A stretch of 64,000 nt of DNA from Dehalococcoidia bacterium (GTDB lineage Bacteria; Chloroflexota; Dehalococcoidia; Lucifugimonadales; UBA3495). Below the pieces are notes generated by a model. It made no database searches, was not told the origin of the DNA, and saw only the letters and a list, made by a program, of their open reading frames with translations. Of the stretch, positions 1-8,729 are shown in pieces; within the stretch, counting starts at the first letter, position 1, and the number at the start of each line of letters is the position of its first letter. The stretch covers positions 731,304-795,303 of the forward strand of contig CBDHDK010000002.1 of the NCBI GenBank assembly GCA_965261355.1. The letters are read 5' to 3'. Made by a program: the position numbers and the translations under genes.

Positions 1-374
1 TCGCGCGCGAAGTGGGTGTCAGCGAAGGCACGGTGCGCCGCCGCCTGCGTCGCTTGGTCAAGGACGACATGGTCAAGGTCGTCGCCGTCCCAAACCTCGA
101 GAAGCTGGGTTACGCCACCACCGCCCTCATCGGCATCTCCACCGGGCCGGGCAAGTCCGACACGGTCGCCGACGCCATCGCCGCCATGGAGGAAGCCCAC
201 TACGTGGCCATCACCACCGGCTCCTTCGACGTGTTCGTCTGGGCCGGACTGGAATCCGCAGAGAACCTGGGCAACTTCCTCCGCACCAAGGTGGGCGTGG
301 TGGACGGCGTGCAGGGCACCCAGACCTTCGTGAACCTCTCCATCAAGAAGCGGGCCTACGGCCTGGTGCTCTAG
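1..374 (+). CDS. Lrp/AsnC-family transcriptional regulator (5' end cut by window edge)
   Basis: Frame open from base 3. HTH tail '..AREVGVSEGTVRRRLRRL' is followed by an AsnC-type effector domain (VVAVPNLEKLGY...FVNLSIKKRAYG). TAG stop at 372-374. Confidence 0.8.
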   Translation, partial: AREVGVSEGTVRRRLRRLVKDDMVKVVAVPNLEKLGYATTALIGISTGPGKSDTVADAIAAMEEAHYVAITTGSFDVFVWAGLESAENLGNFLRTKVGVVDGVQGTQTFVNLSIKKRAYGLVL

Positions 375-412
375 ACACAGCCTCACAGGGGCCATTGGTG
401 AGCCGGGAATCC

Positions 413-440
413 TTGCAAACCCCCTGCGCTGTGCTATAAT
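413..440 (+). promoter_or_regulatory. sigma70-like promoter upstream of ferredoxin gene
   Basis: TTGCAA (413-418), 16-nt spacer, extended -10 TGCTATAAT (432-440). About 90 nt upstream of the ATG at 531. Confidence 0.45.
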
Positions 441-530
441 TTGCCGTGGCTGGTTCGAAGCCATGGCGTACTGGCCAGTCGTACCCTCAATTCAAACGAA
501 CCCTTAATTCAAGATAGAGAGCCGACCGCA

Positions 531-800
531 ATGACCTACATCATCGCCGAGCCCTGCGTTGGCCTGAAAGACTCCGCCTGCGTTGACGTCTGCCCGGTGG
601 ACTGCATCTACACGCGGGACGAAGACGATCAGTTCTACATCAGCCCCGACGAGTGCATCGACTGCGCCGCTTGTGAGCCGGTCTGCCCCGTAACCGCCAT
701 CTTCGCCGAGGATTCCGTCCCCGCCGAGTGGCAGGATTACATCGCCAAGAACTACGACTACTTCAAGAACACCAACCCCGCCGATCTGAAGCGGAAGTAG
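531..800 (+). CDS. ferredoxin with two Cys clusters (FdxA-like 3Fe-4S/4Fe-4S type)
   Basis: Internal ATG of ORF 441..800. MTYIIAEPCVGLKDSACVDVCPVDCIY...CIDCAACEPVCPVTAI carries the two classic cluster motifs. Confidence 0.9.
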   Translation: MTYIIAEPCVGLKDSACVDVCPVDCIYTRDEDDQFYISPDECIDCAACEPVCPVTAIFAEDSVPAEWQDYIAKNYDYFKNTNPADLKRK

Positions 801-835
801 TCCCGACCGCATCACGTCGACCCTTGCGAAACGTG

Positions 836-858
836 GGGGCGGGTATAATGCCCGCCCC
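836..858. terminator. GC-rich hairpin between convergent genes (possible bidirectional terminator)
   Basis: ggggcggg-tataatg-cccgcccc forms a perfect 8-bp stem. It lies between the ferredoxin stop (800) and the stop of the minus-strand gene at 891. Confidence 0.5.
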
Positions 859-890
859 TATAACTGTTGCCGTGGCGGTACCTTCCGTTT

Positions 891-1610
891 CTACCCGAGG
901 TCGTCGAGACAGGCCTCGATGGGCTTGCTGAGGCAGGAGAATATCGGGGTGTCCAGCAGCGTGTAGGGGCGGACCTTGGACTCCCGAAGCTCCATCACCA
1001 GGTCAAGAAACGACGATGGGTCGTCGGTCTCGAATCCCAGCACGAACTCCTGGTCGTCCAGACCAAAGGAGTAGGCGGTGCTTATCTTGATGTCCGGGTA
1101 CTTGTGGCCAATGACGAAGTGCTCGTTCATCAGTTCCTGCCGCTCTTCCTTGGGCAGCTGGTACCAGTCGTGGGTCTTCACGAAGGGGTAGACAAACAGG
1201 TACTTCCGTCCCACGATGCGCATGGTGGACGACGTGCCCTCCTGCCCCTCGTGGCGGTGGTTCACGACGTAGGGAGAGCGACGGGTCATCGCCAGGTATG
1301 AGTAGGGCGTCGCGAGGTAGGGCGCCAGCGCGGTGCGGTTGAGCTGGGCCGACAGTTCGTTGATCGCCTCCAGCGTGGGGCTGACCATCCACAGCATCAT
1401 GTCGGCGTCCCCGCGAGTGCCCACGAGGCTGTAGCTTGAGATGCTGACGCGGTCGGAGAACTCGTCGAGCACCGACGCGAACTCGGCCTTCATACCGTCT
1501 GGTTCCGTGCCCCCGTTTTGCGAGGCCAGACCACGCCACTTCGAGTCGATCTTGAAGAAGGTGTACTTGACGAAGTCGCGCCGTGTCTGCTGCTCTTCGT
1601 GATGCGGCAT
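891..1610 (-). CDS. hemQ: chlorite dismutase-family protein, HemQ/ChdC-like coproheme decarboxylase
   Basis: 239-aa ORF. 'FVKYTFFKID', 'YLFVYPFVKTHDWYQLPKEERQELMNEHFVIGHKY' and 'FGLDDQEFVLGFETDD' are typical of the Cld/HemQ family. Confidence 0.8.
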   Translation of the reverse strand: MPHHEEQQTRRDFVKYTFFKIDSKWRGLASQNGGTEPDGMKAEFASVLDEFSDRVSISSYSLVGTRGDADMMLWMVSPTLEAINELSAQLNRTALAPYLATPYSYLAMTRRSPYVVNHRHEGQEGTSSTMRIVGRKYLFVYPFVKTHDWYQLPKEERQELMNEHFVIGHKYPDIKISTAYSFGLDDQEFVLGFETDDPSSFLDLVMELRESKVRPYTLLDTPIFSCLSKPIEACLDDLG

Positions 1611-1689
1611 CTAGCCCCCGCGTATCTATGCTGTCTTGATCCGGGCCATCTTAGCAACCGGGTGTCGGCACTGGCAAACTGCGGCTGGG

Positions 1690-2136
1690 CTACACCGTCG
1701 GTTCGCCCAGGCCGCCGCAGTCTGCTGGCACGGCCTCGTCCTCGCCGGGCCAGGGCGGCGTGGTGTGACAGAGGAAGCGCAGGGGCCCGTCGGGACCGGC
1801 CGCGAACTGGAAGCGCCAGCCTGTGGGAATGACCAGCGAGTCACCCGGCGACACGGGCAGCGGCGAGATGAACGCGGGGGCGACGTTGGGCGGACAGCGC
1901 CAAACCTGGCCTTCGCCCTCGAGGATGTACCAGATTTCCTCCACGGTGCGGTGGTGTACCGGGCGCGAGACCTGCCCGGCCGGGAGCGTCACCTCCACCA
2001 TGCTGCTCCTGCTCGCTGCGTGTCGCCCGTCGGCCAGTAGGCGTATCTCCGAACCGTCGGGGGCGGTGGCGTCCGGGCGGTCGGCGCGCCGGTTGGGCTG
2101 CGGGACCCTAGCCCATGTGGAATCGATTTCGTTCAT
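1690..2136 (-). CDS. cupin-domain protein
   Basis: 148-aa ORF. 'HHRTVEEIWYILEGEGQVW...PGDSLVIPTGWRFQF' matches the two-motif cupin pattern. Confidence 0.6.
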   Translation of the reverse strand: MNEIDSTWARVPQPNRRADRPDATAPDGSEIRLLADGRHAASRSSMVEVTLPAGQVSRPVHHRTVEEIWYILEGEGQVWRCPPNVAPAFISPLPVSPGDSLVIPTGWRFQFAAGPDGPLRFLCHTTPPWPGEDEAVPADCGGLGEPTV

Positions 2137-2179
2137 TGTGTATTCCTGGATATATTCTCGGTTCTCTTGCCGCGCACGG

Positions 2180-3631
2180 TTACCCGGCCACGGTCAGGCT
2201 CTCTCCGACCACGTTCCACCAAGGCAGGGCGAAGGCAAACAGCACCGACACGGCCACCAGTGTCATGATGAAGCCGGTACGCAGCACCTCGGGAGATGAT
2301 ATCTCCGCCCTCTGGTAGATGAATACGCTACCGGCGGCCGCCGCCGGGTAGAACACCACGGAATCGCCGACGATGACCACCGCCAGGCCGCACACCAGCG
2401 GGTTCAGCCCCAGCGAGGCTCCGGTGGACATCGCCACCGGTATGATGAACGCCAGGTATCCGGCGATGTTGGGCATCACGAACCGGACCACCGACGCCGC
2501 GCCCGCCAACGCCAGCATCAGCAGCCACGGCGAGTCCGCGAAGCTGCCCACTGCGGAGACCAGCGTGCCGGCGAACCATGCCGCGGCGCCGCTTTCGACC
2601 AGCGCGCCGGACAGGGAAAGGGAGGTGGCGATGATGAAGAAGTTGCTCCAGCCCAGGTTCTGCTCCAGCTCCCGCCACGAGAGCAGCCCGATGCCGGGCA
2701 GCAGCATCACGACCATGGCAATGAGCGCCGGCACTGCGGGCGACAGGCCATGGGCGAAGTCGGTGAACCAGAGCAGGGCGACGCCTCCGGCAATCAGGCC
2801 GGCCTTCGCCTCCGCCGGGGTAAAGGGCCCGGGGCCCAATTCCGTGTCAGCCCCCCCCGCGGCAACCGGGGACCCAGCGAAGCCCGATCGGTAGAGCAGG
2901 AAGACGGCCAGCCCTCCCACCACTAGGATGCTCCAGAAGGGCAGGGCCATCAGCACGAACCAGCGGGTCCAGGAGAAGTCGCCGATGAGGGCCGCGGCAA
3001 CGACCGGGGTGATTCCTCCGGCCAGCAGGGCGGTGGACCCCAGGCGGTTGAGCGACCCCATGGCCATCATCACCGCCTTGTTCAGCGGGTGCTGCCTCTC
3101 GATATTCCATCGCCCCATGACCTGCTCGTAGACGTGCACCAGGATAGCGCCCCGCGTAGTGGCAGAGGGCAGCGCAAAGGTCAGGGCGGCGAAGGACACC
3201 AGCATCTGGACGTAGAGGGCGCGGGGGTTGCCTCGCGCCAGGCGAACCAGGTAGCCGGCCATGCGGTTTGCCAGCCCGGAGTGCTGCACGCCCAGGCCGA
3301 GGGTCAGCACGCCCAGCAGGAAGTAGGGCACCGGCTGGGAGAACCCGTACAAAGCCGCTTCAAGGTCGGGCACAGCCCGCAGCAGGGTGAGCAGGATGAC
3401 CGCCGCGATGCCGGTAACCGCGAGGGGAAGCGCGCCGGTGGTCCACAGTCCCACGGCCAAGGCCATGACCGCCAAGGCACGCTGGCCCTCTTCCGACAGG
3501 CCGTCGGGGGTGGCGGCCAGCAGCACTGCGGCGAAGGCCAGCAGCGGCAGGGCGAACTTCACCGCGGCAACGCCGGGCCGGTCGCCGAAGATTTTCAATC
3601 CGTCTGTGGGACCCTGTGCCGTCATCTTCAA
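2180..3631 (-). CDS. DASS/SLC13-type (ArsB/NhaD permease superfamily) anion transporter
   Basis: 483-aa polytopic membrane protein with repeated hairpin-like hydrophobic segments. General resemblance to CitT/SLC13 permeases; substrate unknown. Confidence 0.65.
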   Translation of the reverse strand: MKMTAQGPTDGLKIFGDRPGVAAVKFALPLLAFAAVLLAATPDGLSEEGQRALAVMALAVGLWTTGALPLAVTGIAAVILLTLLRAVPDLEAALYGFSQPVPYFLLGVLTLGLGVQHSGLANRMAGYLVRLARGNPRALYVQMLVSFAALTFALPSATTRGAILVHVYEQVMGRWNIERQHPLNKAVMMAMGSLNRLGSTALLAGGITPVVAAALIGDFSWTRWFVLMALPFWSILVVGGLAVFLLYRSGFAGSPVAAGGADTELGPGPFTPAEAKAGLIAGGVALLWFTDFAHGLSPAVPALIAMVVMLLPGIGLLSWRELEQNLGWSNFFIIATSLSLSGALVESGAAAWFAGTLVSAVGSFADSPWLLMLALAGAASVVRFVMPNIAGYLAFIIPVAMSTGASLGLNPLVCGLAVVIVGDSVVFYPAAAAGSVFIYQRAEISSPEVLRTGFIMTLVAVSVLFAFALPWWNVVGESLTVAG

Positions 3632-3774
3632 GTCTGTGGCTGGACGCCCCCACCCTTACCGTCCTCCGGAGGAAGAGGAAATCAGAGATTCGGTTTGCCG
3701 AAAGCAGGAGCGCCGCAAGGCAAGACCCCCGGCGCGCCGGGGGTCCTGGCTGCGTCGGCGTGTGCCGCTGCCGG

Positions 3775-4548
3775 TCAGGTCGCGGCGGGCTTGCGGCCCT
3801 TGCGACTCAGGAAGTCGCTGAATCCTTCCTCGACGGTCAGCCCGCGGAAGCGGCCCTGACGGCCCTCGATCTCGGTCCAGAACTGCTGCTCCAGCGAGTT
3901 TCCGGTATGCTCGATGAGGAGCTGCTTGATGTTGTTGACGCCCTCGGGCCGGTTCTTGGCAATGCCGGCAGCGACCTCGACGGTCTTGTCCATGAGCTGC
4001 TCGGACGGCACCAGGTGGTTGATCAGTCCGATGTGATAGGCCTCCTCTGCGAAGACCTCGCGCCCGCTGTACAGCAGCTCCTTCGCCTTGGGCCAGCCGA
4101 TCAGGTTGGGCAGGCTCCAGGTGGCGTTGAGCTGGCCGTAGTTGACGGCCAGGAAGCGGAAGCTGCTCTTCTCGCAGCCGATGAGGAAGTCGAGGCTGGT
4201 GGCCATGACGGTGCCGCCGCCGTAGCAGAGGCCGTTGATTGCGCCGATGATGGGCTTGGAGCAGGTGGCCATGTGCCAGGTGTAGTTGGAGCGCTCGGCG
4301 GCGCCCTCATCGCGCTGTTCCTGGGTGAACTCGCGGTTCTCGTGGATGTCGGCTCCGGCGGAGAAGGCCCGCTCGCCCGCGCCGGTGATGATGACCGCCC
4401 CGATGCCGTCGTCGGCCTCGGCTTCGGTGAGGAACTCGTCCAACTCGCGGACAAGCTTCAGGTTGAGGGCGTTCAGCACCTCGGGGCGGTTCAGGGTGAC
4501 GATGGCGACCCGGTCCACCTGGTCGGTGGAGATTACCTCGAAGGCCAT
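3775..4548 (-). CDS. enoyl-CoA hydratase/isomerase (crotonase family)
   Basis: Start moved to the internal ATG (MAFEVISTDQVDRVAIVTLNRPEVLNALN). 'ITGAGERAFSAGADI' and 'INGLCYGGG' are oxyanion-hole motifs. Confidence 0.85.
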   Translation of the reverse strand: MAFEVISTDQVDRVAIVTLNRPEVLNALNLKLVRELDEFLTEAEADDGIGAVIITGAGERAFSAGADIHENREFTQEQRDEGAAERSNYTWHMATCSKPIIGAINGLCYGGGTVMATSLDFLIGCEKSSFRFLAVNYGQLNATWSLPNLIGWPKAKELLYSGREVFAEEAYHIGLINHLVPSEQLMDKTVEVAAGIAKNRPEGVNNIKQLLIEHTGNSLEQQFWTEIEGRQGRFRGLTVEEGFSDFLSRKGRKPAAT

Positions 4549-4705
4549 GACTGCGATGACTCCTTTGCCTCCCACCGGAAACGGCGGGGCATGCGTATGC
4601 GTGTGCGCCAGTATTGCCCAGAGTTTAGCGGGCAGCAGCCCAGCGCACAACCAAGGGGCGATGGGAGATACAGGCCTGACATTACCTAAAGGGATAGACT
4701 CCGCG

Positions 4706-5192
4706 TTACTCCGCGCGACGCCTGAACAGAACGTGGATGGCGAAGGCGCGGCGGTCGGTGCTGGAAGAGCTCTCGAGGGAGGTTAGGGCTTCTTCGGTTT
4801 CATCGACAATCTGCATTACCCATCGTCGAGAATAGGTTGCGGTAGGTGCAGTAATCAGCCTGCTGACGTTGACTCTGCATATACACGAATCTTCGGGCAA
4901 AGACTCGGATTTCCGCGGGGAAAGCCCTCATTGCAGATTGGTTATCGCACTGGTTTCTGGCGTGCCCGTGTTCCAACGCCCTGTAGGTTTGTCGCCACGC
5001 CGATTCATTTCGGTTGGCTCGGGGGGATCCGGCCAAGCGGTCCGCGCAACACAGGGCAAGATGATGGGAAAGGGCGTAATAGGCGGCACTAACAGCACGG
5101 CGTAACTCAGCTTGACGCGGACGTCCCCGTCGTCCACCCGTCACCCCGGACGCCAGTTGCCTGGCAATTCTTATTAGGTCTCGGGGATTCAC
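4706..5192 (-). pseudogene. HEPN-like protein (putative toxin of a two-gene module), apparent frameshift near 4850
   Basis: GTG start overlaps the upstream gene stop (GTGA). Frame A (4800..5192) reads '...RRAVSAAYYALSHHLA...YRALEHGHAR...QQADY' with candidate Rx4-6H. A protein-like C-terminus continues in another frame (ORF 4706..4900: '..ATYSRRWVMQIVDETEEALTSL...DRRAFAIHVLFRRRAE'). The family assignment is from memory only. Confidence 0.4.
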
Positions 5193-5533
5193 GGAATCCG
5201 CTCATCAAAGATTTCTTTCCATTCCGATTTCTCGATGAACGCGTGGCCGGGGGTGTGGGTCAATTCGCCCTCAGGAAGGTGCATCAACAGTCGATCTTCA
5301 ATACCAATGGTCCACTTGGGATCGAGCTTCTTCTGGTCGCCGTCGAAGATGATGTAGATGTGCAGGAATTCCTCGCCGCAGTGGTCCAGTTCGGGGTTCA
5401 CTATTATCGGATCGAAGACGAACTCGTCCTTGAAGCGTCCTTCCAAGTCCTTTCTGACAATGATCTCGACCCTTTCTATGACTTCCTGCAACGTCGCCGG
5501 CCTCTTGCCGAAGTCTACAAACGACTGGTGCAC
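5189..5533 (-). CDS. hypothetical protein, upstream partner of the HEPN-like gene (putative antitoxin)
   Basis: ORF 5189..5554. The GTG at 5533 is preceded by GGGAGG, so it is the preferred start. Its stop overlaps the next gene's start by 4 nt. Lies in a lower-GC islet. No recognisable MNT GSx..DxD motif. Confidence 0.45.
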   Translation of the reverse strand: MHQSFVDFGKRPATLQEVIERVEIIVRKDLEGRFKDEFVFDPIIVNPELDHCGEEFLHIYIIFDGDQKKLDPKWTIGIEDRLLMHLPEGELTHTPGHAFIEKSEWKEIFDERIP

Positions 5534-5741
5534 TTTCGTCCTCCCCGGTTTCAACCGCTTACTTTACCGAGGGTTTTCGCTATTGCCTTTCAGGTATCCG
5601 ATGTTCCTCAAGAAAGCAAGATTATCAAGATTATAGGTAGAATGTACAGGCTCATACTCGAATGAGCAGATGCGCCACACTGACTACCTCCACAATCGGA
5701 CAACGGCAGGCAACCGGCCTCAGAGCGGCGCGAGACGCAGA

Positions 5742-6052
5742 ATGCCCCAACCACACCCATTCCGCATCCTCGTCGTCTGCACCGGCAACCGCGCGCGCTC
5801 ACAGACGGCGCAAGGGTGGCTACTGCACCTGGGCGGCGGTCGCGTGTCGGCCGACAGCGCGGGGACGGCGCCGAAGGGCCTGCACCCGCTGTCGGTTCGC
5901 GTGATGGCCGAGTGGGCATCGACCTCTCGGCGCACACGTCGGACCACACGGACCGGGAGGACGAGCTGCTGGCGGTGTTCCGGCGGGTGCGGGACGAGAT
6001 CGGCGAGTACAGCCGCGAGCTGCTGGACGCGGTGTATAGTGACGCCCCGTAG
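5742..6052 (+). pseudogene. arsC: remnant of LMW-PTP-type arsenate reductase (ArsC-like): 1-nt frameshift plus ~50-codon internal deletion
   Basis: P-loop 'ILVVCTGNRARSQTAQGW' (CX5R) in frame 0. After 'VMAE' the homologous sequence 'GIDLSAHTSD...AVFRRVRDEIGEYSRELL' continues in another frame (ORF 5816..6052). The central segment that carries the two resolving Cys in Bacillus/Staphylococcus ArsC is missing. Confidence 0.7.
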
Positions 6053-6079
6053 CGAGATTCTGCGGAAAGGAGACTGGCA

Positions 6080-7048
6080 ATGAAGACCGTCCGCATCTAC
6101 CAGACAGGCGAGCCGGATGTGCTGAACTACGAGGACGCGCCGGAGCCGTCGCCCGGGCCGGGGCAGGCCCTGGTGGAGATCAAGTCCATCGGCGTCAACT
6201 ACACCGACGTTTCCAGCCGCAAGGGCACCAACCCGCCCGACGCCTTCCCGTGGACCCCTGGGCGCGAGGCCGCCGGCGTGGTCACCGCCGTCGGCGAGGG
6301 CGTGACCGAGGTTGCCGTCGGCGACCGTGTGGCCTACGCCATGCACACGGGCACCTACTCGCAGTACCACGCCGTGCCCTCTTGGCTGCTGGTGCGCATC
6401 CCCGACGGGATGTCCTTCGCCGACGCCGCGGCCACCATGCTGCAGGGCATGACCGCCCACTTCCTGGTCTACGGCATCGCGTCGCTGAACTCCGGCGACC
6501 GGGTGCTGGTCCACGCCGGCACCGGCGGCATGGGCCTGTGGCTGATACAGATGCTGAAGAACATCGGCGTCGAGGTGTTCACCACCGTGTCCACCGAGGA
6601 GAAGGCGGAGCTTGCCAGGGGAGCTGGGGCGGACCACGCCATCGTCTACACGCAGCAGGACTTCGAGTCTGAAATACGGGAGTCCACCGGCGGCAAGGGC
6701 CTGAAGATGGTAATGGACGCCGTGGGCGCGACCACCTTCGACAAGGGGATGCGTCTGCTGGGACGGCGCGGCCACATGGCGCTGTACGGGCAGGCCGGCG
6801 GCCCGGTGGGCGAGGTAGACAGCGGCCTGCTGCGCAACGGCTCGCTGTCCCTCACGCGCCCCAGCCTCGGCGACTACACCGCCACCCGCGAGGAACTGGT
6901 GCAGCGCGCCGACGACGTGCTGCGCTGGGTGCAGTCCGGCGAGGTGAAGCTGTACGTGGGGCTCGAGTTGCCGCTTTCCGACGCCCGCGAAGCCCACCGC
7001 CGCCTGGAAGGCCGCGAAACCACAGGCAAGATCCTGCTCACGCCGTAG
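6080..7048 (+). CDS. qor: NADPH:quinone oxidoreductase / zeta-crystallin-like MDR
   Basis: 322 aa. 'ALVEIKSIGVNYTDV', 'VLVHAGTGGMGL' (Rossmann) and C-terminal 'EAHRRLEGRETTGKILL'. Confidence 0.85.
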   Translation: MKTVRIYQTGEPDVLNYEDAPEPSPGPGQALVEIKSIGVNYTDVSSRKGTNPPDAFPWTPGREAAGVVTAVGEGVTEVAVGDRVAYAMHTGTYSQYHAVPSWLLVRIPDGMSFADAAATMLQGMTAHFLVYGIASLNSGDRVLVHAGTGGMGLWLIQMLKNIGVEVFTTVSTEEKAELARGAGADHAIVYTQQDFESEIRESTGGKGLKMVMDAVGATTFDKGMRLLGRRGHMALYGQAGGPVGEVDSGLLRNGSLSLTRPSLGDYTATREELVQRADDVLRWVQSGEVKLYVGLELPLSDAREAHRRLEGRETTGKILLTP

Positions 7049-7131
7049 CGGGTTATGGAAGCGACTGTCGCCGCAGATTCACTGCTTTGCCATGTTTGAC
7101 AGCCCGCAAAGCCCTACGTAAGGTTGAAAGT

Positions 7132-7428
7132 ATGAAAGCGACTTTCGACATAGACGAAGGGGTCGTGCAGCAACTGCAAGAGGTTGCCGACCTCAGGGGG
7201 ACAACCGTAGACGCCTTGGTGGAAGCCGCCATCAGGGTTTTTGCCGGTCTCTCTCCGACCGTTGAGGCCGAGTTGAGGCCATTGCCTTCTTGGCCTATGG
7301 GCAGGCCCTTGGTGGACGTTTCCGACCGGCAGGTGCTCTATGACACCATGGACGATTGGGACAGGCTCCAGAACCCGACGGCGGAAAATCAGAGGAATAG
7401 TTGCCGGTATTTGATTCAAATGTATTGA
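7132..7428 (+). CDS. vapB: VapB-family antitoxin
   Basis: ATG at 7132 within ORF 7087..7428. 'MKATFDIDEGVVQQLQEVADLRGTTVDALVEAAI' and '...VDVSDRQVLYDTMD'. Overlaps the start of the PIN gene. Confidence 0.65.
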   Translation: MKATFDIDEGVVQQLQEVADLRGTTVDALVEAAIRVFAGLSPTVEAELRPLPSWPMGRPLVDVSDRQVLYDTMDDWDRLQNPTAENQRNSCRYLIQMY

Positions 7429-7836
7429 TTCACGCAGTGAACGAAAGCTCGGATGTCCAGAGCATCTGCCTGCAACGATTAGAGGAGGCTCGGTTACGAG
7501 CCTCCTCCTCTCATTTGACCTGGAGCATCTGCTACGAGTTCCTGCGGGTCAGCACACATCCGAGGGTATTCCAGTCGCCGTTGACGCCGGACAGGGGCAC
7601 TGGGCTTCCTGAATCAACTGCTGGATTCGCCTGGTATTGGACTGCTGTGGCCCACTGACCGCCATCAGTCATTGCTGGCGGCAACGTTAGCGGATACACC
7701 GGGCATCCAAGGGAACTTGATGCATGACCTCCACACGGCAGTCCTGATGCGTGAGCACGAGGTGGCGGCAATCTGCACATTTGACCGGGACTTCCTTCGT
7801 TTCCCGTTCTTGACTGTGATAGACCCTATCAGTTAG
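7401..7836 (+). pseudogene. vapC: PIN-domain toxin VapC, frameshifted (1-nt insertion in a G run near 7588)
   Basis: TTG start after GAGGA. 'VFDSNVLIHAVNE...EFLRVSTHPRVFQSPLTPD' in frame 0; '(R)ALGFLNQLLDSPGIGLLWPTDRHQSLLAATL...GNLMHDLHTAVLMREHEVAAICTFDRDFLRF' in the +1 frame, ending at the TAG at 7834-7836. Removing one G from 'acaggggca' restores a full PIN domain. Confidence 0.75.
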
Positions 7837-7844
7837 CCGCAGCC

Positions 7845-8591
7845 CTACCGCGCCACCCAGCCGCCGTCGATGACCAGTTCGCTGCCCGTCACGAAAGACG
7901 CCTCGTCCGATGCGAGGTACAGCACGCCGTATGCGACGTCGATGGCCTCGCCGTAGCGACCCAGGGGGATGCGTGAGGTCATCAGTTCCCGCACCGCCGG
8001 GTCAGCGCGGCGGAAATCGGTCATCGGCGTGACGATGGGGCCGGGGTGCACCGAGTTGCAGCGGATGCCGTCTGCCGCGTACTGGATGGCGGTGGACTTC
8101 GCGAGCAGACGGACCGCGCCCTTGGAGGCGATGTACTGGGCGCTGGACTCGTTCATCGCCACGATGCCGAGCTGCGACGAGATGTTGATGATGGAGCCGC
8201 CGCCGCCGCGCTGCATGGCCGGGATGGCATGCTTCGTGCCGAGGAACACTCCCTTGGCGTTCACCGACATCACGCGGTCCCACTCCTCGACGGTGGTGTC
8301 CTCGATGCTGACCTCGGCGCTGACTCCGGCGTTGTTGACCAGGATGTCCAGCCGGCCGTAGCGCTCCTCGGCCAGGGCCACGGCCTGCCGCCAGTCGTCC
8401 TCGCTGGTGACGTCGAGGCGAATGAAGGTCGCAGCGCCGTCGGGAATGGACTCGGCGGTGGCCCGGCCCTCGGCATCCAGCACGTCGCCGATGACGACCT
8501 TCGCGCCCTCCTGGGCGAACAGAACGGCTTCCTCGGCGCCCATGCCGCGGGCCCCGCCGCTGATCAGGGCTACCTTTCCTTCGAGACGCAT
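7845..8591 (-). CDS. short-chain dehydrogenase/reductase (SDR)
   Basis: Start at the internal ATG (MRLEGKVALISGGARGMGAEEA). 'NNAG', 'SSQLG...YIASKGAV' (YxxxK). Confidence 0.85.
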   Translation of the reverse strand: MRLEGKVALISGGARGMGAEEAVLFAQEGAKVVIGDVLDAEGRATAESIPDGAATFIRLDVTSEDDWRQAVALAEERYGRLDILVNNAGVSAEVSIEDTTVEEWDRVMSVNAKGVFLGTKHAIPAMQRGGGGSIINISSQLGIVAMNESSAQYIASKGAVRLLAKSTAIQYAADGIRCNSVHPGPIVTPMTDFRRADPAVRELMTSRIPLGRYGEAIDVAYGVLYLASDEASFVTGSELVIDGGWVAR

Positions 8592-8729
8592 GGGGAACCT
8601 CCCATCAATAAATGCTTCAATACAGAATACGCCGTGCAGAATACGCCGAGAGCACAGAGACAAAACGGAGAGGTGCAATCGTTGTGTCCTTACCGCTGTC
8701 CCTGCGGCCTCAGCGATCAACCCCCATGC

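Noticed and set aside
441-480. tRNA-like 'ggttcgaagcc' T-loop motif upstream of the ferredoxin gene
   Set aside because: No acceptor, D or anticodon arms can be drawn around it. The stem is 4 bp with a 9-nt loop. It lies in the ferredoxin 5' leader.
841-850. 'gggTATAATg' as a promoter -10 element
   Set aside because: It forms the loop of a perfect 8-bp GC hairpin between two convergent gene ends, and no gene lies downstream in either direction. A terminator is more plausible.
5720-6997. Long antisense ORFs: 5720..6997 (425 aa), 11679..13763 (694 aa), 43187..45676 (829 aa), 55148..57040 (630 aa), 49106..50605, 35820..37166, 46303..47382 and 8046..9050
   Set aside because: Each lies opposite a gene with clear family signatures. 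Their translations are Arg/Gly/Ala/His-rich, low-complexity sequence, which is typical of shadow frames in high-GC DNA.
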